A DNA stretch of 32,258 nt, taken from a virus. Lineage: Duplodnaviria; Caudoviricetes. A program made the position numbers and the translations under genes. Of the stretch, positions 7,263-16,890 are shown in pieces (the first letter of the stretch is position 1; every line of letters starts with the position of its first letter). The stretch is taken from positions 1 to 32,258 of IMG/VR virus record IMGVR_UViG_3300020045_003629, one strand, 5' to 3'. The notes beneath the pieces were generated by a model, which saw only the letters and a list, made by a program, of their open reading frames with translations, made no database searches and was not told the DNA's origin.

Positions 7263-8663
7263 TTATTTACTGTTTTTAAATGACAGCCCGTATTTCTTGA
7301 TCTTAGCGCGTACCGCCTCCATAAGTCCGCGTTGTACGCCGTCCTTTTTATCTAAGGTTTTAACGACGCTTTCATACTCTGTCCCCTTAACTATCAGCCT
7401 GTAAATTAATACTTGGTGTTTTTGGCCAGGGCGAGGCAGTCGGGCGCACCATTGTTGGTATAACTCTAATGACCAGTTAAGCGAAAACCAAATAGCTATG
7501 TGTCCTCCGTACTGCAGGTTAAGCCCGTGTCCTCCGCTTGCGGGGTGCATGACCATAACCTTAATTTTGCCCGCGTTCCAGTCTTTAATATGCTGATCGT
7601 TTCTAAAGTGCACGGGCCTATAAGCTTCTAGGCGTTCCGTTATTCGGGCTAACTCATGCTTAAAAGTGTACGCGATTAAAACAGGCTTTCCGTTCGCCTG
7701 TTCGACTAACTCCTCGAGGGCGTCGATTGTCACGGTATGGATCTCGTGGACGTTCTTCTCGTCGTCGTAGACTGCACCGCCCGCAAACTGCAATAACTTA
7801 CCCGACATAGCTCCCGCGGTCATAGCCGTAACCTCTGACTCTAGCAACTCCATAACTCTCTCGCATTCGAACTGTTCGTACTTCTTACGTATGGCGTCGG
7901 GCAGATGAACCGGCACGTCGATAAAGCGAGGCTTCTTATGCTGTTGATAGTCGGGCGCCTCCATAGAGATAACAATGTCTGAGATCAGCCCGTATATCTT
8001 TTCTTTGGTATCGTCGGTCGGTAAGTACTTACCGAAGTGGGAACCGGGCTTTGACACGTGGATAAAGAAGCGATCTTTATAGTGTGATACGTATGCACCT
8101 AAACGCTTACCGCGGTCGAGCATCCAAATTTGAAACCATATATCTATTAAGCCATTAGGCGCAGGCGTACCCGTTAAAATTACAATTCTTTTAAAGCAGG
8201 GCTGTATCGCCTTGAAGACTTTAGACTTTACGGCCGATGGGTTTTTAAACTTCGAGGACTCATCGACTATACACATTTCATACGGGAGCGTACCGCCTCC
8301 GAACTCCCCAACCAACCAGACGAAGTTATCGCACGAAATTAGATATATATCAGCTTTACGGCGCATAGCCTCACGGCGTTGCTTCGGGTTGCCTATTATC
8401 GGAGAGAGCTTTAAGTTTCGTAAGTGTTCCCACTTCTCAACCTCATCGGGCCAAGTCGATTCTACAACCTGCCTCGGGCCAATTACCAACACGGTATTAA
8501 TTTCGAAGTCTTCCAAGACCAGCGCGTTAATGGCGGTAAGGCTTATAACTGTTTTGGTCATACCCATGTCTAGGAATAATCCACAAAACGGATTGTCGAC
8601 GATATGCTGTGCGACTATCGGCTGGTAAGGGTAGAAGTCTTTCTTTGTTAGTTTTGAGGCCAT
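7263..8663 (-). CDS. SNF2-family (SF2) helicase
   Basis: YPYQ Q-motif, LFLDMGMTKT, IVDESS, LTGTP, SGGHGLNLQ, ARLPRPGQ. Confidence 0.93.
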   Translation of the reverse strand: MASKLTKKDFYPYQPIVAQHIVDNPFCGLFLDMGMTKTVISLTAINALVLEDFEINTVLVIGPRQVVESTWPDEVEKWEHLRNLKLSPIIGNPKQRREAMRRKADIYLISCDNFVWLVGEFGGGTLPYEMCIVDESSKFKNPSAVKSKVFKAIQPCFKRIVILTGTPAPNGLIDIWFQIWMLDRGKRLGAYVSHYKDRFFIHVSKPGSHFGKYLPTDDTKEKIYGLISDIVISMEAPDYQQHKKPRFIDVPVHLPDAIRKKYEQFECERVMELLESEVTAMTAGAMSGKLLQFAGGAVYDDEKNVHEIHTVTIDALEELVEQANGKPVLIAYTFKHELARITERLEAYRPVHFRNDQHIKDWNAGKIKVMVMHPASGGHGLNLQYGGHIAIWFSLNWSLELYQQWCARLPRPGQKHQVLIYRLIVKGTEYESVVKTLDKKDGVQRGLMEAVRAKIKKYGLSFKNSK

Positions 8664-8665
8664 AA

Positions 8666-9601
8666 TTAAAACAGATCTAAGTCTTTGGGTATATGTTTGA
8701 AGAACTCTATTATGCTATCAATTTGCCAGCCATTGCCGCACATTTTATAACGTTGGCTATTTGATACGCCTAGCGTATAATTGTCTTTAAGCCCTTGTAA
8801 TCGTTCGCACTCTATGGGTGTAAGTTTTCTAAATATACCGTTATCGGATAAATAGCTCCCGTCTGTTGGCTCTTTGGCATACCCCGCTATTAACGTGCCT
8901 ATTTTTTGGTGAGTCTTCGGATCGTAGAAAAACCCTTTACCTCTTTTTGCGTTAAGGATCCTGTCTATCTTGCTAGCCGATAATTCTAGTACCATTTGCC
9001 CTTGGTTCTTTTTAAAATACTCTCTAGTAGTTGTGCGCCCAATACTGCCGATAATGGCGTGAGACTTATCGCGGTCAGTTAAACAATGCTCGTGAACTAT
9101 ATCTTTCAGCAAGATGCCTTTGTCCTCCGGCTCGGTATAGCCTGGAATGTTTGTCCAGTATAAACGCTTACGGCTCTGCGCTGATACTAAAGCACTATTT
9201 AACTTAATAGGCTGTACGCCTAAGTACGACGAGATCACGTCTTGAAACTCTTGCTTCATTACGACGTTTTCAAGAAAAAAGTATTTAGGTTTGCACTCCT
9301 TAACAAGACGGACGAACTCAAAGAACAATTTACTCCTCGGATCCCCAAAATTCAACTGCTTACCCGCAAAGCTGAAACCTTGACAAGGTGAGCCACCGAT
9401 AACTATATCGATAGGCTCTAGGTCTTTGGCGAATACTTCCGTAACATCGCCGACGTGGATAGTATCGAGGTAGTTGTTAGCCGCTACGGTTATAGCGTAC
9501 TTGTCAATCTCGGCGGCATAATATTTATTAATTTTAAAACCGCATCGCTCCAAGGCTACACGCCCACAGCTCATGCCGTCGAATAGTGAAAGTACATTCA
9601 T
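8666..9601 (-). CDS. C5-cytosine DNA methyltransferase (orphan)
   Basis: Motif I LSLFDGMSCG, IV GGSPCQGFS, VI LENV, VIII QSRKRLYW, IX-X RKLTPIECERLQG..GNG. Confidence 0.95.
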   Translation of the reverse strand: MNVLSLFDGMSCGRVALERCGFKINKYYAAEIDKYAITVAANNYLDTIHVGDVTEVFAKDLEPIDIVIGGSPCQGFSFAGKQLNFGDPRSKLFFEFVRLVKECKPKYFFLENVVMKQEFQDVISSYLGVQPIKLNSALVSAQSRKRLYWTNIPGYTEPEDKGILLKDIVHEHCLTDRDKSHAIIGSIGRTTTREYFKKNQGQMVLELSASKIDRILNAKRGKGFFYDPKTHQKIGTLIAGYAKEPTDGSYLSDNGIFRKLTPIECERLQGLKDNYTLGVSNSQRYKMCGNGWQIDSIIEFFKHIPKDLDLF

Positions 9602-9879
9602 TCTAATAAGTCATTAAGGATTTGATTTAATTGTTTTAGTGAGTCGATCACGTGCACGGTAAAGCCTAAACGGCGTAACTTCTCATGCACTAATTTTTGT
9701 ATGGCTGTCGGCTTTTTACCCGTGGTCTTTATCTCTGCAAAGAATATAACGCCGCTCGGTAGTAAAACCAAACGGTCGGGCAGGCCTGTAACAAATTGGC
9801 ACACCATTTTAAGCGACCAGCCGCCGAGGCTTTTAACCTCAGCGTTTAGGGTTTTCTCTATGAGCTTTTCGCTATCCAT
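9598..9879 (-). CDS. VRR-NUC domain nuclease / resolvase (start revised to ATG 9879)
   Basis: GLPDRLVLLP..FAEIK..Q PD-(D/E)xK pattern; MDSEKLIEK start forms a TAATG overlap with the primase stop. Confidence 0.9.
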   Translation of the reverse strand: MDSEKLIEKTLNAEVKSLGGWSLKMVCQFVTGLPDRLVLLPSGVIFFAEIKTTGKKPTAIQKLVHEKLRRLGFTVHVIDSLKQLNQILNDLLE

Positions 9880-12281
9880 TATTTTCTCTGGTAGTATTTT
9901 TGTTTGCCGTACGCGCCAAAGTTGGCGGTTGTCGGCTTGTATTCCCAATCGGGTAAAGTCTTCATAATGTCGTTAATGTCTCGGGTAAGGTAGCGGCTCA
10001 TGTCCTCTTTATTCTTACCGAGGCACTCGCACCATATTTCAGCCATGCATACCTTAGAACGCTTAACGCCTTTCTGGTCGAACGCCTCGGCGTCGTTTAA
10101 GAACATACGGCGCTCGTCTATGCCTAACGCCTCCCAGCCTTTCGGTAACTCCCTATTAAGGTAGAACTCTATTAAGCCCTTACGCTCATCTGTGTCGCTG
10201 TGGTTAGACTGTTCGCGTCTCGCTATGGCTTCCGCTTCGGGGCTTAAATATAATCGCTCTCCCGCTTTGTAAAGCGCAACGGCTTCCGCCCATATTTGGT
10301 CCACGTCGCCGTCTAGGTCTTTCCAAACATCTTTCAAAATGTCCTCGGGTACAACGTCCCCTGGGTTGAACCTACGCCCTCCCGTTGGGTCGGTAAACAA
10401 GTTATTTGTGTTAGACGTGGCGATAAATATATTTTGTCTTGGGAAGTCCTCGGGGCTTCTGCCGTATGCGGGTCTGAACGTGTCAACTCTTTTCGATATG
10501 AACAATTTAACCGCCTCGTTATCCGCCTTTCTAAATCCCGACATTTCGGCTATCTCGATAATCCAAGCACCCTGTAGCTGTTCGAATGACTCCTTACCGT
10601 GTACCGTGGTGAAACTATCACTATACCAATCGCGGCCAAGCTTATTAATGAATGTACTTTTGTTGCACCCTTGGGGCCCTATAATGGTGAGAACTAGATC
10701 AAATTTACAACCAGGGTTAAATATTCGAGCCACTGCACCTACTAGACTTTTTCTTATCGACTCACGGGTGTATATGTTATCCACCATACCGAAGTAATCG
10801 ATAAGTAGATAATCGATCCTTTCCGACTTGTCCCATTTTAAACCGTTTAGGTAATCTTTTATAGGGTGAAAAGAATGTTTCTCGAACTCTAGGGCGAGGG
10901 CGTCGTCTATCTTTTGTACGCCTGTAATGCCGTAAATAGTTTCGATATAGTTTCTAATTCCCGAGTAATCTACATTCTTGATAGGCTCCGGCTTTTTTAT
11001 ACCGCGCCACGGAAGAGTACGGAAAACATAACGTTTATTGTCGAATAGGTTTTGCTTAAAGCTCTCCTTTAGTCGGGAGTCCATTTTAAATATAAGTGAT
11101 ATGTTTGTCGCGCTCGACAGGTAGTTGCCTTTGTTATCGGCTTCTAGTTCTGTCATCCATTCGATGCTGTCCTGGTCACCCTCTACACTCTCCGGCTCTT
11201 CCTCGAAATCACCGTCCAGTACTTCGGCAAAGTCGTACTTAATGGTCGCCTGTGACTCTTCGGCTAAAAGCTTCTTAACCGCTTTGTCTTTGCGTGCGAA
11301 GTCTTCCATCGCCGCAAAACTTTTCGGTTTTTGCCCCTGTACTTGGTTCTCGTTGTCCAAATGTCCGAACAGGTGCAAGCGTACTAAATCGAACGCGTTC
11401 GAAGTTTTTCCGCTGCAGGGGTCTGTCCCGTGGTGCGAATAGGCGAAAGTGTCTTCGTAAACTATAAGTCCCGCCGCCGTGGATCCGCCCGTATAAGTAT
11501 AGCGGTCGCCGTGATCTGTGGCGATATACTGCTCAGTTAAAAACTTGTCGATCGCTTCGGTTATTGAGAACGCGCGACAAAACGCCCCAACTATCCCGCT
11601 TTTCTCTCTCGGGTCTGCCTGCTTTTTGGCGTTTGCTCCTAGCTCTCTAAGGAGTTGCCCCGAGGTAGGCCAGAGGCTTGTATCTGTCCAATCTATATAA
11701 GAGTCGAGTATCTCGTCGGCGCAAAGCCAAGGGCCGTCTTGCACCTCCATATAGTACTCCTGATCTTTCGGCGTCGAGGGCCAAAACATAAGGCGGTTAG
11801 TTTCGAATGTGGTGTTGTCAAACACTTCAATGTCCATAGTCCCCGCAACTGAACGGGCTATCGCTGCGTACTCGTCGGGCGTCACCTCTCTATCGAGTGG
11901 CATAAGCAGGCGATAACGCGGTGCAGTCTTGCAGTGCTTATGCGTCCCGTGTATAATCGCCGCGTTTTCGAACTGTAGCGTAAAATCGCCCCAAAAATCC
12001 AAATGCGCGAAATCAATATCGAGCGTCAAGAGTTGACGGTGTACCACATTTTTAGGGTTACGGCGTCCGTTTCTCAGATACCCGCCGACATACCCGCCGA
12101 CATCTTTAATTTTACCCTGTTCGGCTTTCGTGCTCGCGATAAACTCCTTATGCGTTTCGTTCGTTATTGTTGTCTCGGATATTCGGCTTACGAACTGCGA
12201 CCAGATGAACGATTTATTTTTCCACTGTTTAGACTCGGCCGAGCGTCCTACTGCTATGTTAAGTTTTCCGTCGTGTATCAT
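9879..12281 (-). CDS. Primase-helicase: N-terminal primase-like domain plus C-terminal VirE/VapE-type helicase
   Basis: LTLDID, HGTHKH..PRYRLLMP, RLMFWPS; C-terminal FHPIKDYL, GPQGCNKST, WIIEIAE, FRPAYGR, DPTGGRRF. Confidence 0.92.
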   Translation of the reverse strand: MIHDGKLNIAVGRSAESKQWKNKSFIWSQFVSRISETTITNETHKEFIASTKAEQGKIKDVGGYVGGYLRNGRRNPKNVVHRQLLTLDIDFAHLDFWGDFTLQFENAAIIHGTHKHCKTAPRYRLLMPLDREVTPDEYAAIARSVAGTMDIEVFDNTTFETNRLMFWPSTPKDQEYYMEVQDGPWLCADEILDSYIDWTDTSLWPTSGQLLRELGANAKKQADPREKSGIVGAFCRAFSITEAIDKFLTEQYIATDHGDRYTYTGGSTAAGLIVYEDTFAYSHHGTDPCSGKTSNAFDLVRLHLFGHLDNENQVQGQKPKSFAAMEDFARKDKAVKKLLAEESQATIKYDFAEVLDGDFEEEPESVEGDQDSIEWMTELEADNKGNYLSSATNISLIFKMDSRLKESFKQNLFDNKRYVFRTLPWRGIKKPEPIKNVDYSGIRNYIETIYGITGVQKIDDALALEFEKHSFHPIKDYLNGLKWDKSERIDYLLIDYFGMVDNIYTRESIRKSLVGAVARIFNPGCKFDLVLTIIGPQGCNKSTFINKLGRDWYSDSFTTVHGKESFEQLQGAWIIEIAEMSGFRKADNEAVKLFISKRVDTFRPAYGRSPEDFPRQNIFIATSNTNNLFTDPTGGRRFNPGDVVPEDILKDVWKDLDGDVDQIWAEAVALYKAGERLYLSPEAEAIARREQSNHSDTDERKGLIEFYLNRELPKGWEALGIDERRMFLNDAEAFDQKGVKRSKVCMAEIWCECLGKNKEDMSRYLTRDINDIMKTLPDWEYKPTTANFGAYGKQKYYQRK

Positions 12282-12538
12282 AATATATAGCGGCTTTTCG
12301 GATAGGCGTTTGTAATTGAATGTTTGTCTATACTTGCGCTAATCCCATGAGACCCCCCAAAAGCTAAACATTTCGAGCCGTCCTCTCTTACTATTAGGGC
12401 TTTTCTACTCGCTTTTTCTAAAGCCTCTCGGACGTGCTCGTCTGCAAAATCCTGCATAACTTTTATTATAAACTCAGGAGACGCTCCCTTTTTATGCTCT
12501 GCTAATTTTTCCTTTAAATATCTTTCCGCTGTTATCAT
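12278..12538 (-). CDS. Hypothetical protein
   Basis: 86 aa between polymerase and primase, ATGA overlap. Confidence 0.75.
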   Translation of the reverse strand: MITAERYLKEKLAEHKKGASPEFIIKVMQDFADEHVREALEKASRKALIVREDGSKCLAFGGSHGISASIDKHSITNAYPKSRYIL

Positions 12539-12541
12539 AAG

Positions 12542-14515
12542 TTAGTCTTTTTTATAGTAGGGAGTAGTAAAGCCCTCCGCGGGTGTGCCTAGCCCTTTCG
12601 CCCAAGGCACGGGCTCGCCTAAAATTCTGCACATTTCCGAGTTAACAAATTCCGTTGAGAGGTTCGGTATATCGGCTACGACCTCATCGTGTACGTGCAT
12701 TACAATGTCGAACCCTGCGGCGTCTAATCGCCTCATACCGTCGGCGAGTAGGTCTCTCGCTATGGCTTGTATTATATTTTCGGAGAGCTTACCGCCGTAA
12801 GTGTCTGTCCAACCCCACTGCCCCGTTATTTGGTTTTTACCTTTGTACTTTATGCTCTCCTTATCCCACTTATTTTTAGACAAAACGGGGTCGCGATATA
12901 TCAGTTTACGTCCTGCTGGTAATTGAATTGTGAGGCACTTGTGCTCATACCGAAAAACTATACCTTTCAGTTTGGAGATTATAGGTGTTCGGGTTTTCAG
13001 CGCAGTAAGCGCGCACCTCTCAAACTCGTACCACATTTTAACTATCTCGGGCGAAGCCCTGCGCCAAAGCATGACTATATCTTTCATTAGGCCCTCAGAC
13101 AAGCCCATCGCCTCGCCGCCCATCGTTTTAAGTGCTCCGACTGATCCGCCGAAGCCGAGGGCGAGCTCTGCGATTTTACCCTTATCGCGGTACTCCGAGC
13201 CTTTGCCTATGCTTTCAATCGGGACGTTAAACATCATTGCGGCCGAAGCCTCGTATATTTTACCATCACCCGCGAAAACGTCAAGCCTCCATTGTTCGCC
13301 TGCGAGCCAAGCGGTTATCCGCCCCTCGATTGCCGAGTAATCCGCAACGGCTAAGATATTGTTTTCTTTTGGGATTAGCGCCGTTCTAATTAACTGGGAT
13401 AGTACTTTCGGTAAATTATCGAAAGTCATTGTAAGCCCCTCGTAATCTCCGGCCTTTACCATGTTTCGCGCCTCGTCTAAGAGTTTCATTTTGTTACGTG
13501 GCAGGTTTTGGAGCTGTACAGCTCTACCCGCCCAACGGCCTGTACGGGATCCTCCGTAAAAGTATAAAAGTCCGTGCGCCGTGTAGTCGTCTAGCGCGTA
13601 ATTAATCATAGCGTTATACTTTTTTGTTGAGGTGCTGGACCCTTGCTGCCTAAGTTTTAGGACCTCAACCGCAGCCCCGCGTTTATGCTCTTTAATCAAT
13701 GAGGTTACAGTATCTTTTGCGAGTGTTGTTATATCTTTTTGCAGGGTAGAACTCAACCACTTTTTAAGCTGTGCGGGACTGTTCGGATTTGCGAGGCCTG
13801 TTATTTCTTTTAGTTGGTCTACTACTTCGAGTTTAAATCGATCGTCGATAAGTATTGCATTTGTTGCCATTTGAACGTCGACGTTAACACCTCGGTCGTT
13901 TATCTTTTGATCTAAAAAGTAGTTAAGTCTTTCAGTCTCGGGAATTTCAAAGCAGGCCAAGCGGTCGAGTAAACCCATTTCCGCCGCAACGTCTTGACGA
14001 CAATAGTCTTTGTACATTTCCCACTTTTCGGGGTTGTGCTTTGGGAGATTGCGAAAACGTCCGCCGTTTGTTTTGGTCGGCTTCACAAGACAGGAGAAGT
14101 ATCGAATTAAGGCTTTACCCTCTGCGCTCTTACCGTCTGCGCCCATATTAAGCGCTTTGGTTGCAGCGTCCAAGGACATAGGCAATCCGCAGTAACCCGC
14201 TTTGACTGCCGAACAGTGCCACTGTTCCACGGGTACGTCGTAACCGATAGCCTTAAAGGCGTTGCGCTCAAAATTTGCATTGTGGGCGTGCTTTTCGACT
14301 GCAGGATCGAGTAGGTCTCTCGCAAAGCGGGTGTTTATCCTTTCACCGTTGGCCAAATCTTTTGTTATTATAAGCCCTTTAACTCCGTTAATCACGTAGC
14401 AGTAGCACAAAATTAGGATTTCAAAGTCGGGGCTCTCAAAATACTTGTAAGAACCGCAGTTCATAATATCAACGCTCGAGAAAGTCTCGACGTCTATGTG
14501 TAATTCAATTGCCAT
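12542..14515 (-). CDS. Family A DNA polymerase with 3'-5' exonuclease (SPO2/APSE-like)
   Basis: Exo I HIDVET, exo II HNANFE, exo III YCRQDV; RTGRWAG..LQNLP; motif A ADYSAIE; motif B RDKGKIAELALGFGG; motif C VHDE. Confidence 0.96.
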   Translation of the reverse strand: MAIELHIDVETFSSVDIMNCGSYKYFESPDFEILILCYCYVINGVKGLIITKDLANGERINTRFARDLLDPAVEKHAHNANFERNAFKAIGYDVPVEQWHCSAVKAGYCGLPMSLDAATKALNMGADGKSAEGKALIRYFSCLVKPTKTNGGRFRNLPKHNPEKWEMYKDYCRQDVAAEMGLLDRLACFEIPETERLNYFLDQKINDRGVNVDVQMATNAILIDDRFKLEVVDQLKEITGLANPNSPAQLKKWLSSTLQKDITTLAKDTVTSLIKEHKRGAAVEVLKLRQQGSSTSTKKYNAMINYALDDYTAHGLLYFYGGSRTGRWAGRAVQLQNLPRNKMKLLDEARNMVKAGDYEGLTMTFDNLPKVLSQLIRTALIPKENNILAVADYSAIEGRITAWLAGEQWRLDVFAGDGKIYEASAAMMFNVPIESIGKGSEYRDKGKIAELALGFGGSVGALKTMGGEAMGLSEGLMKDIVMLWRRASPEIVKMWYEFERCALTALKTRTPIISKLKGIVFRYEHKCLTIQLPAGRKLIYRDPVLSKNKWDKESIKYKGKNQITGQWGWTDTYGGKLSENIIQAIARDLLADGMRRLDAAGFDIVMHVHDEVVADIPNLSTEFVNSEMCRILGEPVPWAKGLGTPAEGFTTPYYKKD

Positions 14516-14546
14516 GATGTTTTACTTTTTAGTGAAAGTTATTTTG

Positions 14547-14627
14547 TGGGTGTGCGGGATTCGAACCCGCGACTATCCGAGTAGCGATTTTTCTACTCAT
14601 ACACGCTGACCTCTGCGCCAAGCACCC
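14547..14627 (-). ncRNA. tRNA-like element (pseudo-tRNA) with aberrant anticodon arm
   Basis: GGGTGCT TG GCGC-AGAGGTCA-GCGT G TATGAGTAG-AAAAATCG-CTACTCGGATA GTC GCGGG-TTCGAAT-CCCGC ACACCC A; canonical D and T arms, bulged acceptor stem, no assignable anticodon, no encoded CCA. Confidence 0.8.
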
Positions 14628-14637
14628 TGCCTTATTT

Positions 14638-15210
14638 TTAATCTAAGTCGTCGTAATCCTCGTCGTCCTCTTCCATTTCCTCGAAGACGTCTTCGACTCT
14701 TACACTAGAAGCACCTAACGGCTCACCGTCTGATATTTTTTGAATTGCTTCTAGGCTTGCCGTAATTCCTTTCGACTCATCGCCCCAATAGTAGTAAAAG
14801 TCAATCGCGACATTTGCGATTACTCCGCTGTAAATCTCTTCGGGGTCGGTAATAAGATTTAATTTTCTATCAACGATCTTAGGCTTGTTGTACTTCCATA
14901 CGTTCATATAATACCTCCCTTCGTACTCCTCCCCCTCTCGGTCCTCATCACCGTCATTAAAGGTATTTGTTATGCCCTTTTTTGGGGGTTTACCTGCGTA
15001 CTTTTCGGTAATCATTCTAGCCTCTACGGCTTTAATCGCATTTCGAATAGCCGATACACTCTTTTTATCGTCCTTGTCGATTAAAAGCAAAGTCTTATAC
15101 TTCGGTTGTGCGTCTGGCTTTTTAGCATCCGCTACGGGCTTAAATACATTAACATAGCTTAGTATAGCCCTTACGGTTACTCTAGTAGCACTTTTATTTT
15201 CTATTGCCAT
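14638..15210 (-). CDS. DUF2815-family single-stranded DNA-binding protein
   Basis: LSYVNVFKP, FNDGD, IYSG, IQKISDGEPLG, acidic C-terminal tail; sits between DUF2800 and polymerase. Confidence 0.9.
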   Translation of the reverse strand: MAIENKSATRVTVRAILSYVNVFKPVADAKKPDAQPKYKTLLLIDKDDKKSVSAIRNAIKAVEARMITEKYAGKPPKKGITNTFNDGDEDREGEEYEGRYYMNVWKYNKPKIVDRKLNLITDPEEIYSGVIANVAIDFYYYWGDESKGITASLEAIQKISDGEPLGASSVRVEDVFEEMEEDDEDYDDLD

Positions 15211-15222
15211 TTTATTAATTTT

Positions 15223-16446
15223 TTAGTTTAAATCGTCTTCTACATCGGCGATAATCTCGAAGTCTTTCGCTATTCTCGAAACGCCGTAAAGTTCCCTTTT
15301 GTCGTTCTCGTCTACTAGTGTAGGCGCGCCCGCAGGCTTAACGACCAAATGCCCTAGTAAACTGTTGAATCCTGCCTTTTTGAGTAGTTTCTCTAAATCC
15401 CCTAAACCTTTAAGTTTTGAATTTAAAAACTCTTCTGGTTCGTAAAGCTCTGCCTCTAAAATCTCCCGAACTTTCGCCTCGTCGGTTATCTGTCGAGTAG
15501 ACCTGCCCTCTACAAGCTTAAGGCCTTGCCACTGCTTACCACTTATTGCCTCCTTAAGTACTAAGGCTTTTACATCAGTTAGGAACTTGGTTATAAAGTC
15601 AGCATTCTTGTAAAGCGTTAAGAGCTCGTCGTCGTTTATAAGCTTCGGGTTGTCCTGCTCTTCAAAGTCTCGCCTTACTTGCTCCATAGCCATATCGTGC
15701 AGGGCTTTACATCGGGGGCGGACTTTACAGAATTGACACCAATCGCCGGGAACTTGTGGGCCGTCACCTCGATACGCCTCTATGGCTTTTGGTTTTAAAA
15801 CCTCTTCACCCCACTTGCGTAAGTCGGCGAGCGAAATGTCCCAGCTCGAAATGTTAGACATTCTAGGCTGTACAGCGGTTAACTTAATGTTGTGCATCCG
15901 GTTAGCCATTTTGCTAAGGGATTCCAACGCCCCCAAGCCGTAATACATGAATTGCGAATTATTTTCAGCTTTGACTTCTTTACCCGCACCGAACTTTAAA
16001 TCTATAACCTCAAGGTTACCATCGTAAGCGATAATACAGTCAGACGTCCCGAAGCCGTTTTCTACGTATTTGCGTAGATCAAATCGGGATTCAATCAGCA
16101 TCATAGCACCTTTGTCGATCCGTTTAGCCTCTGCATATTGCTGTTTCACATAATTGACATAATCCATAATTGGGTCAATCATAGCATCGCTGTAAAGCTC
16201 GTGCTTTTTAAGGACTTCCAGCTCTTCGCGATACTTCGCCATAGTCATCTTTTTAAGATCGACTTTAAGCATTATTTCGGCGAGCTCGTGGGCAAGTGTA
16301 CCCTCGGCGGCGTAGACGCTAGTCTCTTCTGGGAGACTCTCCTCTAATCGAGGCGAAGCGGGGCAGTTTATCCACCTTCCAGAGCCCGAAGCGGAGAGGA
16401 GCGCGTGCGCCCTCTCTGCGTGGCTTACCATTGGTAAAGGCCCCAA
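15223..16446 (-). CDS. DUF2800-family Cas4-like PD-(D/E)xK exonuclease
   Basis: HALLSASGSGRWINCPAS, EGTLAH, FGTSDC, IDLKFG, GDWCQFCKVRPRC, KLVEGRSTR. Confidence 0.92.
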   Translation of the reverse strand: MGPLPMVSHAERAHALLSASGSGRWINCPASPRLEESLPEETSVYAAEGTLAHELAEIMLKVDLKKMTMAKYREELEVLKKHELYSDAMIDPIMDYVNYVKQQYAEAKRIDKGAMMLIESRFDLRKYVENGFGTSDCIIAYDGNLEVIDLKFGAGKEVKAENNSQFMYYGLGALESLSKMANRMHNIKLTAVQPRMSNISSWDISLADLRKWGEEVLKPKAIEAYRGDGPQVPGDWCQFCKVRPRCKALHDMAMEQVRRDFEEQDNPKLINDDELLTLYKNADFITKFLTDVKALVLKEAISGKQWQGLKLVEGRSTRQITDEAKVREILEAELYEPEEFLNSKLKGLGDLEKLLKKAGFNSLLGHLVVKPAGAPTLVDENDKRELYGVSRIAKDFEIIADVEDDLN

Positions 16447-16448
16447 GA

Positions 16449-16880
16449 CTATTTCAATTTAGCCAAAAAGTCGTAATACTTTTGGAAGTTCTTAGGATCC
16501 AGGTCTTTTATGCCTGTGGCCCCTAGCTTACCTAATTGCGCTTTAATTGTTGCGCGGTGTTTGTCTACTTTCTCCGCTTGTAAAACCCTAATGTCGTCGG
16601 CGTCGATTTCCTCCTCTTCGGTCTCGTCTAACTCGTCGATTTCCTCCTCTTCGGTCTCGTCTAACTCGTCGATTTCCTCCTCAACTGGTGCAGGCTTCGG
16701 CTTAGCTCTTGACGGTCTAGGCGTTGGTGCTTTAACGGGCGCAGGGGATTTCACCTCTTCGGCGTCAACAACTTCCATTTTTGCAACGCTTCTAGACGTT
16801 CCAGCGATAGCCTCTAAGAATTGCGCGACTACTTTTACATTTTCCGCGCTAACTTCAATCTCTAATTTTACTGTACTCAT
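16449..16880 (-). CDS. Acidic low-complexity protein typical upstream of DUF2800
   Basis: 143 aa, Pro/Ala linker, acidic repeat, C-terminal LGKLGATGIKDLDPKNF. Confidence 0.8.
   Translation of the reverse strand: MSTVKLEIEVSAENVKVVAQFLEAIAGTSRSVAKMEVVDAEEVKSPAPVKAPTPRPSRAKPKPAPVEEEIDELDETEEEEIDELDETEEEEIDADDIRVLQAEKVDKHRATIKAQLGKLGATGIKDLDPKNFQKYYDFLAKLK
16601..16682. repeat. 33-bp coding tandem repeat (about 2.5 copies)
   Basis: CGTCGATTTCCTCCTCTTCGGTCTCGTCTAACT x2 plus 16 bp; encodes EEEIDELDETE. Confidence 0.95.
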
Positions 16881-16890
16881 AATCTCTAAT

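Noticed and set aside
14547-14627. Calling a functional tRNA with a specific anticodon
   Set aside because: 8-nt loop without the U-turn consensus, elongated stem and bulged acceptor; no isotype can be assigned
15223-16446. Cas4-like protein as evidence of a CRISPR system
   Set aside because: DUF2800 beside DUF2815 and PolA is a standard phage replication module; no other cas genes or array
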